Below are positions 47,143-58,183 of a DNA stretch of 63,233 nucleotides, piece after piece (the stretch's first letter is position 1; every line of letters begins with the position of its first letter). A program made the position numbers and the translations under genes. Source of the stretch: Candidatus Hydrogenedentota bacterium (lineage in GTDB: Bacteria > Hydrogenedentota > Hydrogenedentia > Hydrogenedentales > SLHB01); assembly GCA_045863335.1 (NCBI GenBank), contig BTVY01000044.1:1-63233 (forward strand), given 5' to 3'. The notes beneath the pieces were generated by a model, which saw nothing but the letters and a program-made list of their open reading frames with translations, searched no databases and was not told the origin of the DNA.

Positions 47143-50100
47143 TCACGGTTTTATTGTTTTTGAAACCGCCTCGATGGCACCGGCTAGTTCCGCCCGTGCA
47201 TCGAAGAGCGCGGCCGGATCGTCTGTGAAGGTCTTGTTGTCCACGACGACGGTGGGATCGACCGCGAGAATCTTCTCAACCCGCGACCGCAAATCCTCGT
47301 CTAACGCGTCTCCCGCACTCTCAACCAGATCGCGCAGCATCCAGAAGTACTCGTAATCTTCGATGCCGTCCCGCACGATTTCAAAGCGGAGCGAGCCCAG
47401 CGGTTCGCTGTCGGGTCCCGGATACAGGAGGTAGCCGCAGCCGTTGTGGCCGGGCTGCGAGTTCCAAGGCTTCCACGGGATCTCCGGCCACCGTTGGTCG
47501 GTGGTCATGTTGAGAGCCCAGTGCGTCGTGCCCCAGTAGAGGAAGCCTTCCGCGCCGTACTTCCAGCATTGCCAGAACATGATGCGGTAATCCGTCGCCG
47601 GGAATTCGATCATGATTCCGGGCCGGCCCCAAACCGTGTAGAACCAGAGCCGGTCGCCTTGCGCCATGCGGTCCTTCAGCATGGCGGGATCGAAGTGGTC
47701 GATGAGCGGACACCACACATCCGCGACCCCGAGCAGGGCGTGCTCTGGGGGGCTGGTTTGAAGGCGCGGAATCTCGGGGACGATCGTGTGAACCCATTGG
47801 CTGAACTCGACCGCGTCCGGAATTTCCGGGCGGCCCATGACCGACAACTCGTCTCGGGTGTAGAGGTAGGCGAGGTCTTTCCACCCCTTCGACTCGAGGA
47901 TGGCTTCGGTCTCCAGCAGCCGCTCGGCAAATCGAGGCCTCTTCTCTTCCGGCAGGTGGCCCGGCAGCGGCAGGAAGAAGGCGTTCATGCCATGGTCGAT
48001 CATGTACTCGAAGTCCTCAATCCGATCGCCACCACCGAGCGGGAAATCTTTGATGGGACTGATACGACGCTCGAGGTGATAGTCGTACCAGCGCTTGCGC
48101 AGGTCGAAGGGGAGGCCATCCGGGAGTTTGTAGAACGACGCAATCTGTCCTTCGTTCATCCACAGCGACGTCTTCAGGTGGGTCTCATCGCTGAGGGCAA
48201 AATCCCACACGCGAACCCGCAACGGTACCTCGAGCGGCGCAGCGCCATCCGCGGTTATACGAATCGTGCCGGCATACTCCCCGGTTGCCGTCTCCGCCGT
48301 GGCATGCACCGTGATTAAGTAAGGCTGCGCATCTTGGCTTGCGGGGATATCGAAGGGCTCGTTGGAGAAGAGCACGTCCGGGTAGTCGCCCTGCTTTTCC
48401 ACATACCACGAGTATTCGCTGGGGCCGATCGTCACATACCCGACCCGGTTCACGGCAAGATGGGTTGCCGGAATCGTGGCATTCGAATCGGTATTCGCCA
48501 AATCGCTCACGCTTACGTGAACGTTGCCGAGGTCCATCCACAGCGGGACGATGGCGAGTTGGATGCCCTCATATTCGTTCCGCGCGAGCGAAACAACGGC
48601 TTCCGGGGCCGGGGAATCCGTCAACAACGGTTCGTCGCGGAAGATCTTCCGCAGCGAAGTCTGCGGAATCGCGGCGAATTCAGCGGCATTCGCGGTGCCG
48701 GTAGCGGCGCGGAGCCGCGCGATTTCGTGCTCCAAGTTTTGAAGGGAGTCCCTTACCGCTGACAGCGCCGCGTCTTGTTCGGGGCCGGAACTTCCCTTTA
48801 CAACACCTGCGGCATGAGTAATGGATTCCGCCGCCGACCGCAGCGCAGTCTCCAAAGCGGACTGCGCTCGCGAACGCAGGGGACCATCGGCGAGCCGCTG
48901 CAAGAGGCTCCTGGTCTCTTCGTCCAGACGCTTCAACTGAGTCTGTTCCGCTTCGAGTGGCGTCAACATTGCGTCCTGCTGGGTCTCCGCGAGCACGGTT
49001 CCCGTCCCCAGATCCGTGAGCCGGGCGCGCACGGCGTATACCCCGCCACGATCGGCGGGCCATTCGAAACGGCCGGCGGTGGACTCGTAAGGCTCCCTTC
49101 GGCCGGTGACCGTGTGCGTGAGCAGTGAGCCGTCGGGCCGTCCCACTTCGACCACGGCCAGTAGACGCCGTGGCTGCGCACTCGCGTTCGCGAATGAGAA
49201 CTCGGTGATGTTGACACCGAGATGCAAGGGGCCGGCGTCCTCAACAGTCAACACTTCCGGCAGAGCCGCGGGTGATGAAGCGGCGGTGCCGCGGAATGGC
49301 GCCCCAGCCGCGTTGCCTGAAAGTTGCGGATCGTGATTCATCATAGGCCACGGTAATAGCGCGTCGTCGGCCGCTCCGCCCAAGGTGAAACAATAGACCG
49401 ACCGGTCCTTGCTGGACACGACGATCTCCACGGTCCCATCACCATCGAGATCGCCGATTGCAGGCGTCGTGATAATCTCCGTGGAGAAGGGCACGGTCCA
49501 TTCGATCTGTCCATCCGCTGACAGGCAGAGGAGCCGCTGCGACCGCGAACAGACGAGGATCTCCAGTTCGCCGTCGCCATCCACATCGCCCACGCTCGGC
49601 CCCTGTACGACGCTTCCGCCCACGTCGGCCGTCCAGATCGGTTGCCCGTCGCGCAGGCGATAGACGAAACCGGGCCCGCCTTGGCCGCTGCCGTCGGCGC
49701 ACACGACATCGAGCCTGCCTGTGCCGTCGAAATCAACGAGGGCGACGCTCGTGGTTTGGTCGATGCGATGTTCACCCTTCCAGCGCCACGTTTCAGCGCC
49801 CGAGAACGCGTCGCGCGCGATGATTTGAAAGTCGTGGGTGGTCGTCACAACTTCGAGAACTCCATCGCCGTTCAAGTCGCCGACCGCGGGGTTACTCCAT
49901 CGCTCCTTTTTCGGGTTGGGCGCATCGAAGTACCAGGCCACATCACCGTCGCTGGTGAGGCACGCTTCGCGGCCACCTCCAAAGGTGGCGAACACACGCA
50001 TCGTGCCGGACGGAGGATGGTGCGCGATAGCCGGAATCCCGCGGACCGCGCCCTCGCTTTGGTACCGCCACAAGATCGCTCCCGCATCGTCCAGGCAGTA

Positions 50101-50577
50101 CAACGTGCCGCTTTCGGAACCAAAGACAATCTCCATGCGACCGTCACCGTTTATGTCCGCGACGACAGGGCCCGTATAGTCCATGCGGTCACCCAGATCC
50201 TGCATCCAGATGATTCGGCCTTCGGATGAGATGCAGAGAATGATACCGTCTCGGGAAACGGCGAATACTTCGAGTTTGCCGTCTCCGTCGAAGTCGGCCG
50301 CGGAAGGAGTGGACTGCAGCCCACCTGGCGTCTTCCCGTGAACGTCTACAGCCCAACGAACGCGGCCATCGTGATCCAGACAATAGAGGCGGCGTTCCTG
50401 CGACGCGGCGATGATGACTTCGAGCGGGCCGTCCCCGTTGAGGTCCACCAACACCGGCGCCGCGTAGATCTTGCCTTTGGTCGCAAATTCCCAGACCCGC
50501 GCAGGAGCCGGTTCCGCATGGGCGGTGTTGACGGTTGCGAGAAGGAAAACTGAAAGGAAACTCACAGAAACGCGCAC
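47143..50577 (-). CDS. PQQ/FG-GAP beta-propeller fused to a GH123-like (DUF4091) domain
   Basis: N-terminal repeats DLNGDG/DFDGDG/DVDGDG with W-x-F; C-terminal ARNEYE, RVRVWDF, RDE, GFLYW, SLRFEIVRDGIEDYEY. Confidence 0.8.
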   Translation of the reverse strand: MRVSVSFLSVFLLATVNTAHAEPAPARVWEFATKGKIYAAPVLVDLNGDGPLEVIIAASQERRLYCLDHDGRVRWAVDVHGKTPGGLQSTPSAADFDGDGKLEVFAVSRDGIILCISSEGRIIWMQDLGDRMDYTGPVVADINGDGRMEIVFGSESGTLYCLDDAGAILWRYQSEGAVRGIPAIAHHPPSGTMRVFATFGGGREACLTSDGDVAWYFDAPNPKKERWSNPAVGDLNGDGVLEVVTTTHDFQIIARDAFSGAETWRWKGEHRIDQTTSVALVDFDGTGRLDVVCADGSGQGGPGFVYRLRDGQPIWTADVGGSVVQGPSVGDVDGDGELEILVCSRSQRLLCLSADGQIEWTVPFSTEIITTPAIGDLDGDGTVEIVVSSKDRSVYCFTLGGAADDALLPWPMMNHDPQLSGNAAGAPFRGTAASSPAALPEVLTVEDAGPLHLGVNITEFSFANASAQPRRLLAVVEVGRPDGSLLTHTVTGRREPYESTAGRFEWPADRGGVYAVRARLTDLGTGTVLAETQQDAMLTPLEAEQTQLKRLDEETRSLLQRLADGPLRSRAQSALETALRSAAESITHAAGVVKGSSGPEQDAALSAVRDSLQNLEHEIARLRAATGTANAAEFAAIPQTSLRKIFRDEPLLTDSPAPEAVVSLARNEYEGIQLAIVPLWMDLGNVHVSVSDLANTDSNATIPATHLAVNRVGYVTIGPSEYSWYVEKQGDYPDVLFSNEPFDIPASQDAQPYLITVHATAETATGEYAGTIRITADGAAPLEVPLRVRVWDFALSDETHLKTSLWMNEGQIASFYKLPDGLPFDLRKRWYDYHLERRISPIKDFPLGGGDRIEDFEYMIDHGMNAFFLPLPGHLPEEKRPRFAERLLETEAILESKGWKDLAYLYTRDELSVMGRPEIPDAVEFSQWVHTIVPEIPRLQTSPPEHALLGVADVWCPLIDHFDPAMLKDRMAQGDRLWFYTVWGRPGIMIEFPATDYRIMFWQCWKYGAEGFLYWGTTHWALNMTTDQRWPEIPWKPWNSQPGHNGCGYLLYPGPDSEPLGSLRFEIVRDGIEDYEYFWMLRDLVESAGDALDEDLRSRVEKILAVDPTVVVDNKTFTDDPAALFDARAELAGAIEAVSKTIKP

Positions 50578-50808
50578 GTGCGACCCCCCGAAGTGAATGC
50601 GGAATCAAGTATCCGCGTCACATGTTGTTACCTGGAGTCATGCTAGTGGTACGTATAGAGGAAATCAACGGACCACAGCTTCCCGGCTTGATGTCAAATG
50701 GTAGCCCTTGCGACAATGGAACCGGCTTGGTGAAACTCTAAAAACCCGTTTCGGCCCCGTGAAATGGAACGAAGTCGCGCGGGATGATATACTTAAGAAG
50801 AGGTCAAA

Positions 50809-51351
50809 ATGCTCTGCCAACGCTGTCACAAAAGCCTCGCGACCATGCGTTACGCTGAAGTCGTCGACGGAAAGGTATCCGAACAACACCTTTGCGCCGA
50901 CTGCATGGCCAAACAGCAAGCGGAGGGCGCGTCAGGATTCGAGCTTTCCGGAGCGGCGCCTACGCCAACCCTGCGCCACATCCCCGCCGGAGCAGCCCCG
51001 TCACCGGTGGCCCAGCGAACCTGCCGGGCTTGCGGGATCGAGTGGCAGGACGTGGTCGAATCCGGCCGCGTGGGCTGCTGCGCCTGCTACATTTCGTTCG
51101 AGGATCAACTCGAGCCCCTGCTGCGGGGCATGCACGTCGCGCTGCGGCACCGGGGAAAAGTGCCTCACCGGGACGACGTCCGGGAGCAGAAGCGCGCCCA
51201 TCTCCAAACCAAACGAGCCTTGTTGCGCAGCGCACTCAAGACCGAGGATTACGAACAAGCCGCAAGCCTGCGCGACGAGATTCGTTCCCTGGAAGAGTCG
51301 CTCCGTGCCGACGACGCCGTAAAGCGAGGATCGCAGACGAGTCATGCTTAA
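50809..51351 (+). CDS. mcsA: McsA-like protein (CxxC zinc motifs + UVR domain)
   Basis: CQRC, HLCADC, CRAC, GCCACY, HRGKVP, EDYEQAASLRDEI. Confidence 0.9.
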   Translation: MLCQRCHKSLATMRYAEVVDGKVSEQHLCADCMAKQQAEGASGFELSGAAPTPTLRHIPAGAAPSPVAQRTCRACGIEWQDVVESGRVGCCACYISFEDQLEPLLRGMHVALRHRGKVPHRDDVREQKRAHLQTKRALLRSALKTEDYEQAASLRDEIRSLEESLRADDAVKRGSQTSHA

Positions 51352-52390
51352 GACGTTCTTGAACAGGCCGGCAGGCTGGGTAGGCCAGAGTGGACCGGAA
51401 GAAGACTGCGTCATCCACACCCGCGCCTCGCTGGTCCGCAATCTGGCGGATTTCCCGTTCCCCGAACGCTGCTCGGAAGATGAAAAGGCGGCGGTCGAGG
51501 AGCGCATGCTTTCGGCGTTCGATCAATCTGACGTGTTTTCGAACGGTCAGTATTACCCCTTGTCGGAATTGAGCCTCCAAGAGACGCGTTTGCTCACGGA
51601 ACGGCACCTCATGACGCCGTGGATGGCGGAGGGCCAAGGTCCTCGAGGCGTCTTCATCAGCGACGATCAGTGCCTGAGCGTCATGGTCAACGAGCGGGAC
51701 CACGTCCGAATCACCGTCCTGGCGCCAGGCCTGAAACCGCAAGATGTGTGGACACGCGCGTCCGAAGCGGATGATGCGCTCGCGTTGACGCTGGATTTCT
51801 CATTCGATGAAAAGCGCGGGTACCTATCGTCCTCACTTGACGAATTAGGCACTGGGCTGCGTGTCGCGAGCCTCATCCATTTGCCAGGTCTGACATCGGC
51901 GGGCCGAATCATGCCGCTGGAGCAAAGCGTTCGCGGCAATCACCATTCGTTAACGGGCGCGTTCGGCGAGATTGGCGGGGCGCCCGGATATCTCTATGTC
52001 GTTGCGAATCGTGGGGCCCTGGGCCGTTCCGAAGAGGAAATTGTTTACCATTTCCGCACGACCATTGGCGATGCCGTCGCGCAGGAACGGAGCGCTCGCG
52101 CTACCATCATGAAGGAGGAATCCTTGCCGGCCTTGGCCGATCGTGTCGGCCGGGCGCTGGGCATCGCGCGGGGGGCACGGGTGCTCGAGTTCCAAGAGGC
52201 ACTGGACCTGTTGTCGGCGCTTCGGCTCGGTTTGGCGACCGGGCAAGTCGAGAGCTTTTCGGTCCAACAGTTGAACGAACTCCTCGTACTTGCGCAGACG
52301 GCGCACCTCGAATCCCGGCTCGGTGAAGCATCGGACCACTTTGCGCTGAGCACCGCCCGGGCCAATCTGTTCCGGCAGCGGTTTTCGTAG
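51344..52390 (+). CDS. mcsB: McsB-like ATP:guanido phosphotransferase (divergent active site)
   Basis: RNLADFPFP, LTERHL, MVNERDHVRI, LGTGLRVASLIHLPGL; lies between mcsA and clpC. Confidence 0.85.
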   Translation: MLKTFLNRPAGWVGQSGPEEDCVIHTRASLVRNLADFPFPERCSEDEKAAVEERMLSAFDQSDVFSNGQYYPLSELSLQETRLLTERHLMTPWMAEGQGPRGVFISDDQCLSVMVNERDHVRITVLAPGLKPQDVWTRASEADDALALTLDFSFDEKRGYLSSSLDELGTGLRVASLIHLPGLTSAGRIMPLEQSVRGNHHSLTGAFGEIGGAPGYLYVVANRGALGRSEEEIVYHFRTTIGDAVAQERSARATIMKEESLPALADRVGRALGIARGARVLEFQEALDLLSALRLGLATGQVESFSVQQLNELLVLAQTAHLESRLGEASDHFALSTARANLFRQRFS

Positions 52391-52637
52391 GGCCGCTCGA
52401 GGACTCGCAGTGGAGCGTGTGGAAGCTGGCCCTATCCAGGCACAGTCGGATCCGGGCCAATTTGCGAACCCTGCAAAGGTGGACTTCGGAAAGCCGTTCA
52501 AGCACAATACTAAGTGCAGTGACCGAATCGGCTGTGCCGTCCACGAGATGGTCGGCAATCAGGCAAACTGGCAAATCCCGCCGTGCAGCGGGCGCACCCT
52601 TATACGAATCATAGCGCATTGAAGGTGGAATCATATT

Positions 52638-55094
52638 ATGTGGGAACGATTTACGGAACGAGCGAAACATGTAGTCAGCGCGGCGCGCGAGGAGGCGACT
52701 CGCCTCGGCAGTGAATACGTCCGTACCGAGCACATCCTGCTGGGACTATGCCGGGAGCCGGACGGTATCGCAGCCCGGGCGCTCGAAAACTTGGGCGTTG
52801 ATATAGAGTCGTTATCGCTGGAAATCGAGCAGCAAGTTCAAAAAGGCAGCGCCGTTGTGTCCGGCGAGGAGATCGCATTCACGCCGCGCGCCAAGAAAGT
52901 CTTGGAACTCGCGGTGGAAGAAGCGCGCCGCTTCAACCATAGCTACATCGGCACCGAACATATCCTCTTGGGCCTCGTGAAAGAAGGCGAAGGAATCGCC
53001 GCAAAGGTCCTGCAGGACATGAAGGTCGATCTGGAACGTATCCAAGCGGAGGTAATCCGATTGTTGGGCGATCAAGGAAAACCAGGACCTCAAGCAAGCT
53101 CGGGCAAGAAGAGTCAGACTCCGGCGTTGGACACCTTCGGCCGTGACCTGACGGCCCTTGCGCAGGAAGACAAGCTGGACCCCGTCATCGGCCGCGAGGC
53201 CGAGATCGAACGGGTGATTCAGGTCTTGAGCCGCCGCACGAAGAATAACCCCGTTCTCATTGGCGAGGCAGGCGTCGGCAAGACCGCTATCGTCGAGGGT
53301 CTAGCCCAGGCCATCGTCAATGGCGATGTGCCCGACCTCCTGCTGAATCGCCGCGTGTTGACGCTGGACCTGGCCGGTGTCGTCGCGGGAACCAAGTATC
53401 GCGGCCAGTTCGAGGAACGGCTCAAGTCGGTGATGAAAGAAATCCGCCGTGCCGACAACATCATCCTGTTCATTGACGAATTGCACACCATCGTCGGCGC
53501 GGGCGCCGCGGAAGGCGCGGTAGACGCGGCCAACATGCTGAAACCGTCCCTTGCGCGCGGCGAGTTGCAGTGCATCGGCGCGACAACGCTGGACGAATAC
53601 CGCAAACACATCGAGAAAGACGCCGCCTTGGCGCGCCGCTTCCAGACCATCATGGTCGATGCTCCGTCGGTTGACCAGACCGTCGAGATTATTCAAGGGC
53701 TGCGGGACAAATACGAGGCGCACCACCGCGTGAAATTCTCGGATGAAGCAATTGTCGCCGCGGCCAAGCTGTCGAATCAGTACATCACCGACCGTTATCT
53801 GCCGGACAAGGCAGTCGACGTTATCGACGAGGCGGGCAGCCGCGCGCGCCTTCAGATTACGACCCGTCCGCTGGAATTGAAGGATATCGAGCAGCAGATC
53901 GAGAAAGTCACCCATGAGAAAGAAGCCGCAATCCGGCGGCAGGAATACGAGCGCGCGGCGAGCCTGCGCGACAAAGAGCGCAATCTCATCGCCGAACTCG
54001 AAGAGAAAAAGCGGGACTGGGAGAAGAAGCGCGATTCCGCCGAGACGGTCGTCGGCGAAGAGGAGATTGCCTATATCGTGTCCAAGTGGACCGGCGTTCC
54101 GCTGACGAAGCTGGAAGAATCGGAATCCACCCGACTGCTCCGCATGCGCGACGAGTTGCACAAGTCCGTCATCGGCCAGGAATCGGCCATCGACGCCATC
54201 ACGCGGGCCATCCAGCGGTCCCGCGCCGGGCTTCGCAATACGGGCCGGCCCGTGGGGTCGTTCCTGTTCCTCGGTCCGACGGGCGTCGGTAAGACGCTCC
54301 TAGCGAAGTCGCTGGCTTCCTTCCTGTTCGGCAACGAAGACGCGCTCATCACCATCGACATGTCCGAATACATGGAGAAGTTCGCCGTGTCCCGTCTGGC
54401 GGGCGCGCCTCCCGGATACGTGGGCTACAACGAGGGCGGGCAACTGACCGAACAGGTCCGGCGTCGGCCCTACTCAGTCGTGCTCTTCGACGAGATCGAG
54501 AAAGCCCATCCGGACGTGTTCAACGTGCTGCTCCAGGTGCTGGAAGATGGTCACATGACGGACTCGACCGGACGCAAGGTCGATTTCCGGAACACGGTCA
54601 TCGTCATGACGAGCAATATCGGCGCCCGCCGTATCGGGCGTTCGGTTCAGGTCGGCTTCCAGCGCGATTCCCGGGAAGACGAGTACCGGGAGATGAAGTC
54701 GCGGGTCATGGACGAAGTGAAGAAAGTGTTCAACCCCGAATTCTTGAACCGCGTGGACGAAGTCGTCGTATTCCACCGCCTTACCCACGAGGAACTGGTG
54801 CGGATTGTTGACATTCACGTGGCCGAAGTGATAGAACGCGTCGGGGAAAAGGGCTACAATCTGACCCTGAGCGATGAGGCCAAGGAGTTCATCGTTCGGA
54901 TCGGTAGCGACGAGCAGTATGGGGCTCGGCCCTTGCGACGGGCTGTGCAGCAGCACATCGAGGATCCCTTGTCCGAATCGCTTCTGAAGGGGCTCTTCGC
55001 GCCTGGTATGCAGATAAACGTCCGGCCGTCGGACGAGGAAGAAAAACTCGTTTTTGAACCGGTTATGCCCGTAGCGGAAGGTGTGACTAATTGA
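52638..55094 (+). CDS. clpC: ATP-dependent Clp protease ATP-binding subunit ClpC
   Basis: Two Clp-N repeats, [11 protein letters not shown] middle domain, [20 protein letters not shown] ClpP-binding loop. Confidence 0.96.
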   Translation: MWERFTERAKHVVSAAREEATRLGSEYVRTEHILLGLCREPDGIAARALENLGVDIESLSLEIEQQVQKGSAVVSGEEIAFTPRAKKVLELAVEEARRFNHSYIGTEHILLGLVKEGEGIAAKVLQDMKVDLERIQAEVIRLLGDQGKPGPQASSGKKSQTPALDTFGRDLTALAQEDKLDPVIGREAEIERVIQVLSRRTKNNPVLIGEAGVGKTAIVEGLAQAIVNGDVPDLLLNRRVLTLDLAGVVAGTKYRGQFEERLKSVMKEIRRADNIILFIDELHTIVGAGAAEGAVDAANMLKPSLARGELQCIGATTLDEYRKHIEKDAALARRFQTIMVDAPSVDQTVEIIQGLRDKYEAHHRVKFSDEAIVAAAKLSNQYITDRYLPDKAVDVIDEAGSRARLQITTRPLELKDIEQQIEKVTHEKEAAIRRQEYERAASLRDKERNLIAELEEKKRDWEKKRDSAETVVGEEEIAYIVSKWTGVPLTKLEESESTRLLRMRDELHKSVIGQESAIDAITRAIQRSRAGLRNTGRPVGSFLFLGPTGVGKTLLAKSLASFLFGNEDALITIDMSEYMEKFAVSRLAGAPPGYVGYNEGGQLTEQVRRRPYSVVLFDEIEKAHPDVFNVLLQVLEDGHMTDSTGRKVDFRNTVIVMTSNIGARRIGRSVQVGFQRDSREDEYREMKSRVMDEVKKVFNPEFLNRVDEVVVFHRLTHEELVRIVDIHVAEVIERVGEKGYNLTLSDEAKEFIVRIGSDEQYGARPLRRAVQQHIEDPLSESLLKGLFAPGMQINVRPSDEEEKLVFEPVMPVAEGVTN

Positions 55095-57394
55095 TCACTC
55101 ACAAGAACCTCCTGATGGCGCTGCTCGTTCTGGTGATGGCAGTGCCCGTATTCGCCCAGCAATTCGAGGGGAAGACAATCCGGGAGGTCCGGATTGACGG
55201 CCTGGAGCGGGTTAGCGAACAGCTTATCCGCTCGCAGCTCGAGGTCCAACCGGGTCAAACCTACAACCAGGTGGCGATTTCGCGCGACATTCGCCGCCTC
55301 TACGACACCACCTTCTTTTCTTCTATCAAGGCAGACGCCGCCCTCAGCGGTGACGAAGTCGTCCTGACCTACATCGTGGAAGAGAAACGGGTCATTTCCG
55401 AGATCAAGATTATCGGGAATGACAAGGTGCGCGACCGCGCCATCCGCGGCGTCCTGGAGTGGCGCGAAGGCGACACCTTCCTGGAGGATGGATACAACGA
55501 GGAGCGCGACGCCGTCCTCAATCTCTATCAATCCAAGGGCATCGCGAACACCACCGTCGATATCGTGGTAGAAGAAGTCGGGCCTTCGCGGGTCCGTATC
55601 ACGTACGTGATTGATGAAGGCAAGAAGGCCCGCATCCGCTCCATCGCCTTTGAAGGCAACGATGCCTTGTCCGATCGTCAGCTTCGTAAGGGAATGCAGA
55701 CGAAACGCCGTTGGTGGTTTATCGGCGGGAAGTACGATGAAGACAAGTTGGAGGCGGATTTGGAAGGCGTGCTCGACAAGTACGGCAATCATGGGCGGCT
55801 TGAAGCCGCCGTCGCCGGCACCGAACTCGCCTACTCGGAGAGCGGAAAAGGCCTCGATATCACGATTCAGGTCCAGGAAGGGCCCGAGTACACGGTCGGC
55901 ACGCTCGAAACCGCTAATAACGAGGTATTTGACGACGACGAAATCGTGGGATTGCTTGAAGTCCAGGCCGGCGACGTCCACAACAAAGGCCAGGTGGAAG
56001 CAGACGCCCAGCTGGTATCCAAGGGCTATGCCGACAGCGGTTACATCAATGCCGCGGTTACTCCTCAAGTCACCCTGGATCGCGATTCGAAAACCACCCA
56101 CATCGTCCACCGCGTTGAGGAAGGCGACCTCAAGTACGTTCGCGAGATCAAGATTACCGGCAATGACGTCACACGCGATGAGGTGGTCCGGCGCGAGATT
56201 TTCGTGGTACCGGGTGAGCGGTTTGACGGCGCGTTGCTCGAAGCCAGCAAGCGGCGTCTCGAGAGCACCGAATACTATGATGCCATCCGCATGTCCATGG
56301 AAGAAGTCGAGGATGACGACCGTTTCGCGAACCTTCTGATTGACGTGGAAGAGGGCCGCACCGGGTTCTGGAACTTCGGCGCCGGCTATAGCACGGACGA
56401 CGGGTTCGGCGGATATACCGAACTGCGCTTCGATAACTTCGACATCACGAACTGGCCGTCCTTCAGCGGCGGCGGCCAGCAGTTCCGCATCCGCTTGAAC
56501 ATTGGGCAGCGCCGCACCGAGTACAACTTGAGCTTTACCGACCCCGAGTTCCTGGGGTATCCCATCGTATTCGGCGTCGACCTGTTCGATGAATCGTACG
56601 AATACGAAGGCGGTTCCGACTATACGCAAGAATCCCAGGGCGCACAGATTCGCTTGGGTAAGGTCCTTTCACCTTACGTCACAGCCCGCACGGCGCTCAG
56701 TTACCGGAGCATCAACTACAGCGATCTGGGCACCGGGCCCTTCAGCGCCTACCACCCGTACATCGGCGGGGACGTCACGATCAGCACCATCTGGGGCATC
56801 AACCGCAACACGACCGACTCGCGCCGCGACCCGTCCTCCGGCTCGAGCCACGACCTTCAGTTGGAATTGGCGGGCATCGGCGGTGACAACAACTTCTGGA
56901 AGCTGGATCACGATTCCACGTGGTTCTGGTCGCTCGACGAAGAGTCAAAGTGGGTGCTTTCCTATCGTTCGCGGCAGGGCGTCGGATTCCCCTTCGGAGA
57001 CTCGGACGTGATTCCGCTGTCTGACCGATACTTCGCCGGCGGCACGTCCACGGTCCGCGGTTATGATTCCCGCGACATCGGCCCCAAGCGCCCGCGCTAC
57101 GGCTTCATCGGCGACGACGAATCCGTGGGTGGCGAATTGCGGCTCGTGAACAACATCGAGGTCAAGTACAAAGCAAGCAAGTTCTTCCGCTTGTACGGCT
57201 TCATCGATGCCGGCGGTGTCTGGCTCGAGCCGAGCGACTTCGGGTTTGGAGACATGCGCTACTCCGCCGGTATCGGTATAGGATTCGATATCCCCCGAAT
57301 GGGACCGATTCGTCTGGACTACGGCGTACCGCTCAACGCGGATGAGGACCAGGGTTCCGGTCGATTCCACTTGCAAGGTGGATTCCGGTTCTAA
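55091..57394 (+). CDS. bamA: Outer membrane protein assembly factor BamA
   Basis: Signal peptide, 5 POTRA domains, GGTSTVRGY, GPIRLDYG, C-terminal F. Confidence 0.95.
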   Translation: MITHKNLLMALLVLVMAVPVFAQQFEGKTIREVRIDGLERVSEQLIRSQLEVQPGQTYNQVAISRDIRRLYDTTFFSSIKADAALSGDEVVLTYIVEEKRVISEIKIIGNDKVRDRAIRGVLEWREGDTFLEDGYNEERDAVLNLYQSKGIANTTVDIVVEEVGPSRVRITYVIDEGKKARIRSIAFEGNDALSDRQLRKGMQTKRRWWFIGGKYDEDKLEADLEGVLDKYGNHGRLEAAVAGTELAYSESGKGLDITIQVQEGPEYTVGTLETANNEVFDDDEIVGLLEVQAGDVHNKGQVEADAQLVSKGYADSGYINAAVTPQVTLDRDSKTTHIVHRVEEGDLKYVREIKITGNDVTRDEVVRREIFVVPGERFDGALLEASKRRLESTEYYDAIRMSMEEVEDDDRFANLLIDVEEGRTGFWNFGAGYSTDDGFGGYTELRFDNFDITNWPSFSGGGQQFRIRLNIGQRRTEYNLSFTDPEFLGYPIVFGVDLFDESYEYEGGSDYTQESQGAQIRLGKVLSPYVTARTALSYRSINYSDLGTGPFSAYHPYIGGDVTISTIWGINRNTTDSRRDPSSGSSHDLQLELAGIGGDNNFWKLDHDSTWFWSLDEESKWVLSYRSRQGVGFPFGDSDVIPLSDRYFAGGTSTVRGYDSRDIGPKRPRYGFIGDDESVGGELRLVNNIEVKYKASKFFRLYGFIDAGGVWLEPSDFGFGDMRYSAGIGIGFDIPRMGPIRLDYGVPLNADEDQGSGRFHLQGGFRF

Positions 57395-57426
57395 ACGAAT
57401 CAGCGTATGAGCGGTAATCCGGCATC

Positions 57427-57455
57427 TTGCACCGGCATTTCACTGGTGGTATACT
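57427..57455 (+). promoter_or_regulatory. Internal sigma70-type promoter upstream of skp
   Basis: TTGCAC-17 nt-TATACT with TG extension. Confidence 0.55.
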
Positions 57456-57558
57456 CCGTCCTTGTCCCGCCGGAAACCATTTCATTCAGGAAACGAGGCG
57501 GTAACGCACACATCTGGCGCGGGTTCAAACCGAACGAAACTTTAGGGGAATAGGGAAC

Positions 57559-58119
57559 GTGAATATGGCGGTCAAGTCTTTGAAAATGATGCTCTTGCTT
57601 TCCTTAATCGTGCCCGTGTGGGCTGTCGCTCAAGAGAGCGGGAGCGGCGCCAGTACCACCCAATACAAGATCGCGGTGGTCGACCGGAAAGAGGTTTTCG
57701 ACAACTACGAGAAGCAGAAGCGCGAGTGGGCCGAACTCGAATCCGAGAAGAAGCAACTCCAGGATCAGATCGATTCGCTTTCCAATACCATTACCGCGGA
57801 CAAGGATCGCCTGGAAAGCCAGGCCTCCAGCATGTCCGAGGAACAGCAGCAGCAGCTTCGCGACAAGATTGAAAGCGACTATCGCAAGTACCAAACCGAG
57901 TTCAAGCGGCTCCAAGGCGAGATCGACAGTAAGTCCCGCAAGTTCTTTGCGCGCATGATGGAAGATATCGACGCGGCGGTGAACCAAATCGGCGCGAACG
58001 AGAACTACCACCTGATTTTTGAGGCCGATTCCAAGAGCCCCACGTCCGTGCTATACTATAGCGAAACGATTGACATTACGTCTCGCGTGATTGCCCGGCT
58101 GAACGGTCAGAGCCAGTAG
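57559..58119 (+). CDS. skp: OmpH/Skp periplasmic chaperone
   Basis: KIAVVD, long coiled coil, VLY..ETIDIT; follows bamA. Confidence 0.9.
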   Translation: MNMAVKSLKMMLLLSLIVPVWAVAQESGSGASTTQYKIAVVDRKEVFDNYEKQKREWAELESEKKQLQDQIDSLSNTITADKDRLESQASSMSEEQQQQLRDKIESDYRKYQTEFKRLQGEIDSKSRKFFARMMEDIDAAVNQIGANENYHLIFEADSKSPTSVLYYSETIDITSRVIARLNGQSQ

Positions 58120-58183
58120 TCAGCAAAACGTGCAGTTCGATAGGTTTCGCCGGCTTCCCCAATCACCACCGGAGCAGCAGTGA

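Noticed and set aside
50690-50808. Possible CtsR operator upstream of mcsA (AGGTCAAA at ~50801, TGTCAAA at ~50692)
   Set aside because: Only isolated heptads, not the tandem direct repeat; the first doubles as the RBS region; no ctsR gene in view.
52391-52637. ~250 bp mcsB-clpC intergenic region as a riboswitch or ncRNA
   Set aside because: No recognisable Rfam-type consensus or strong stem by eye; an Infernal search would be needed.
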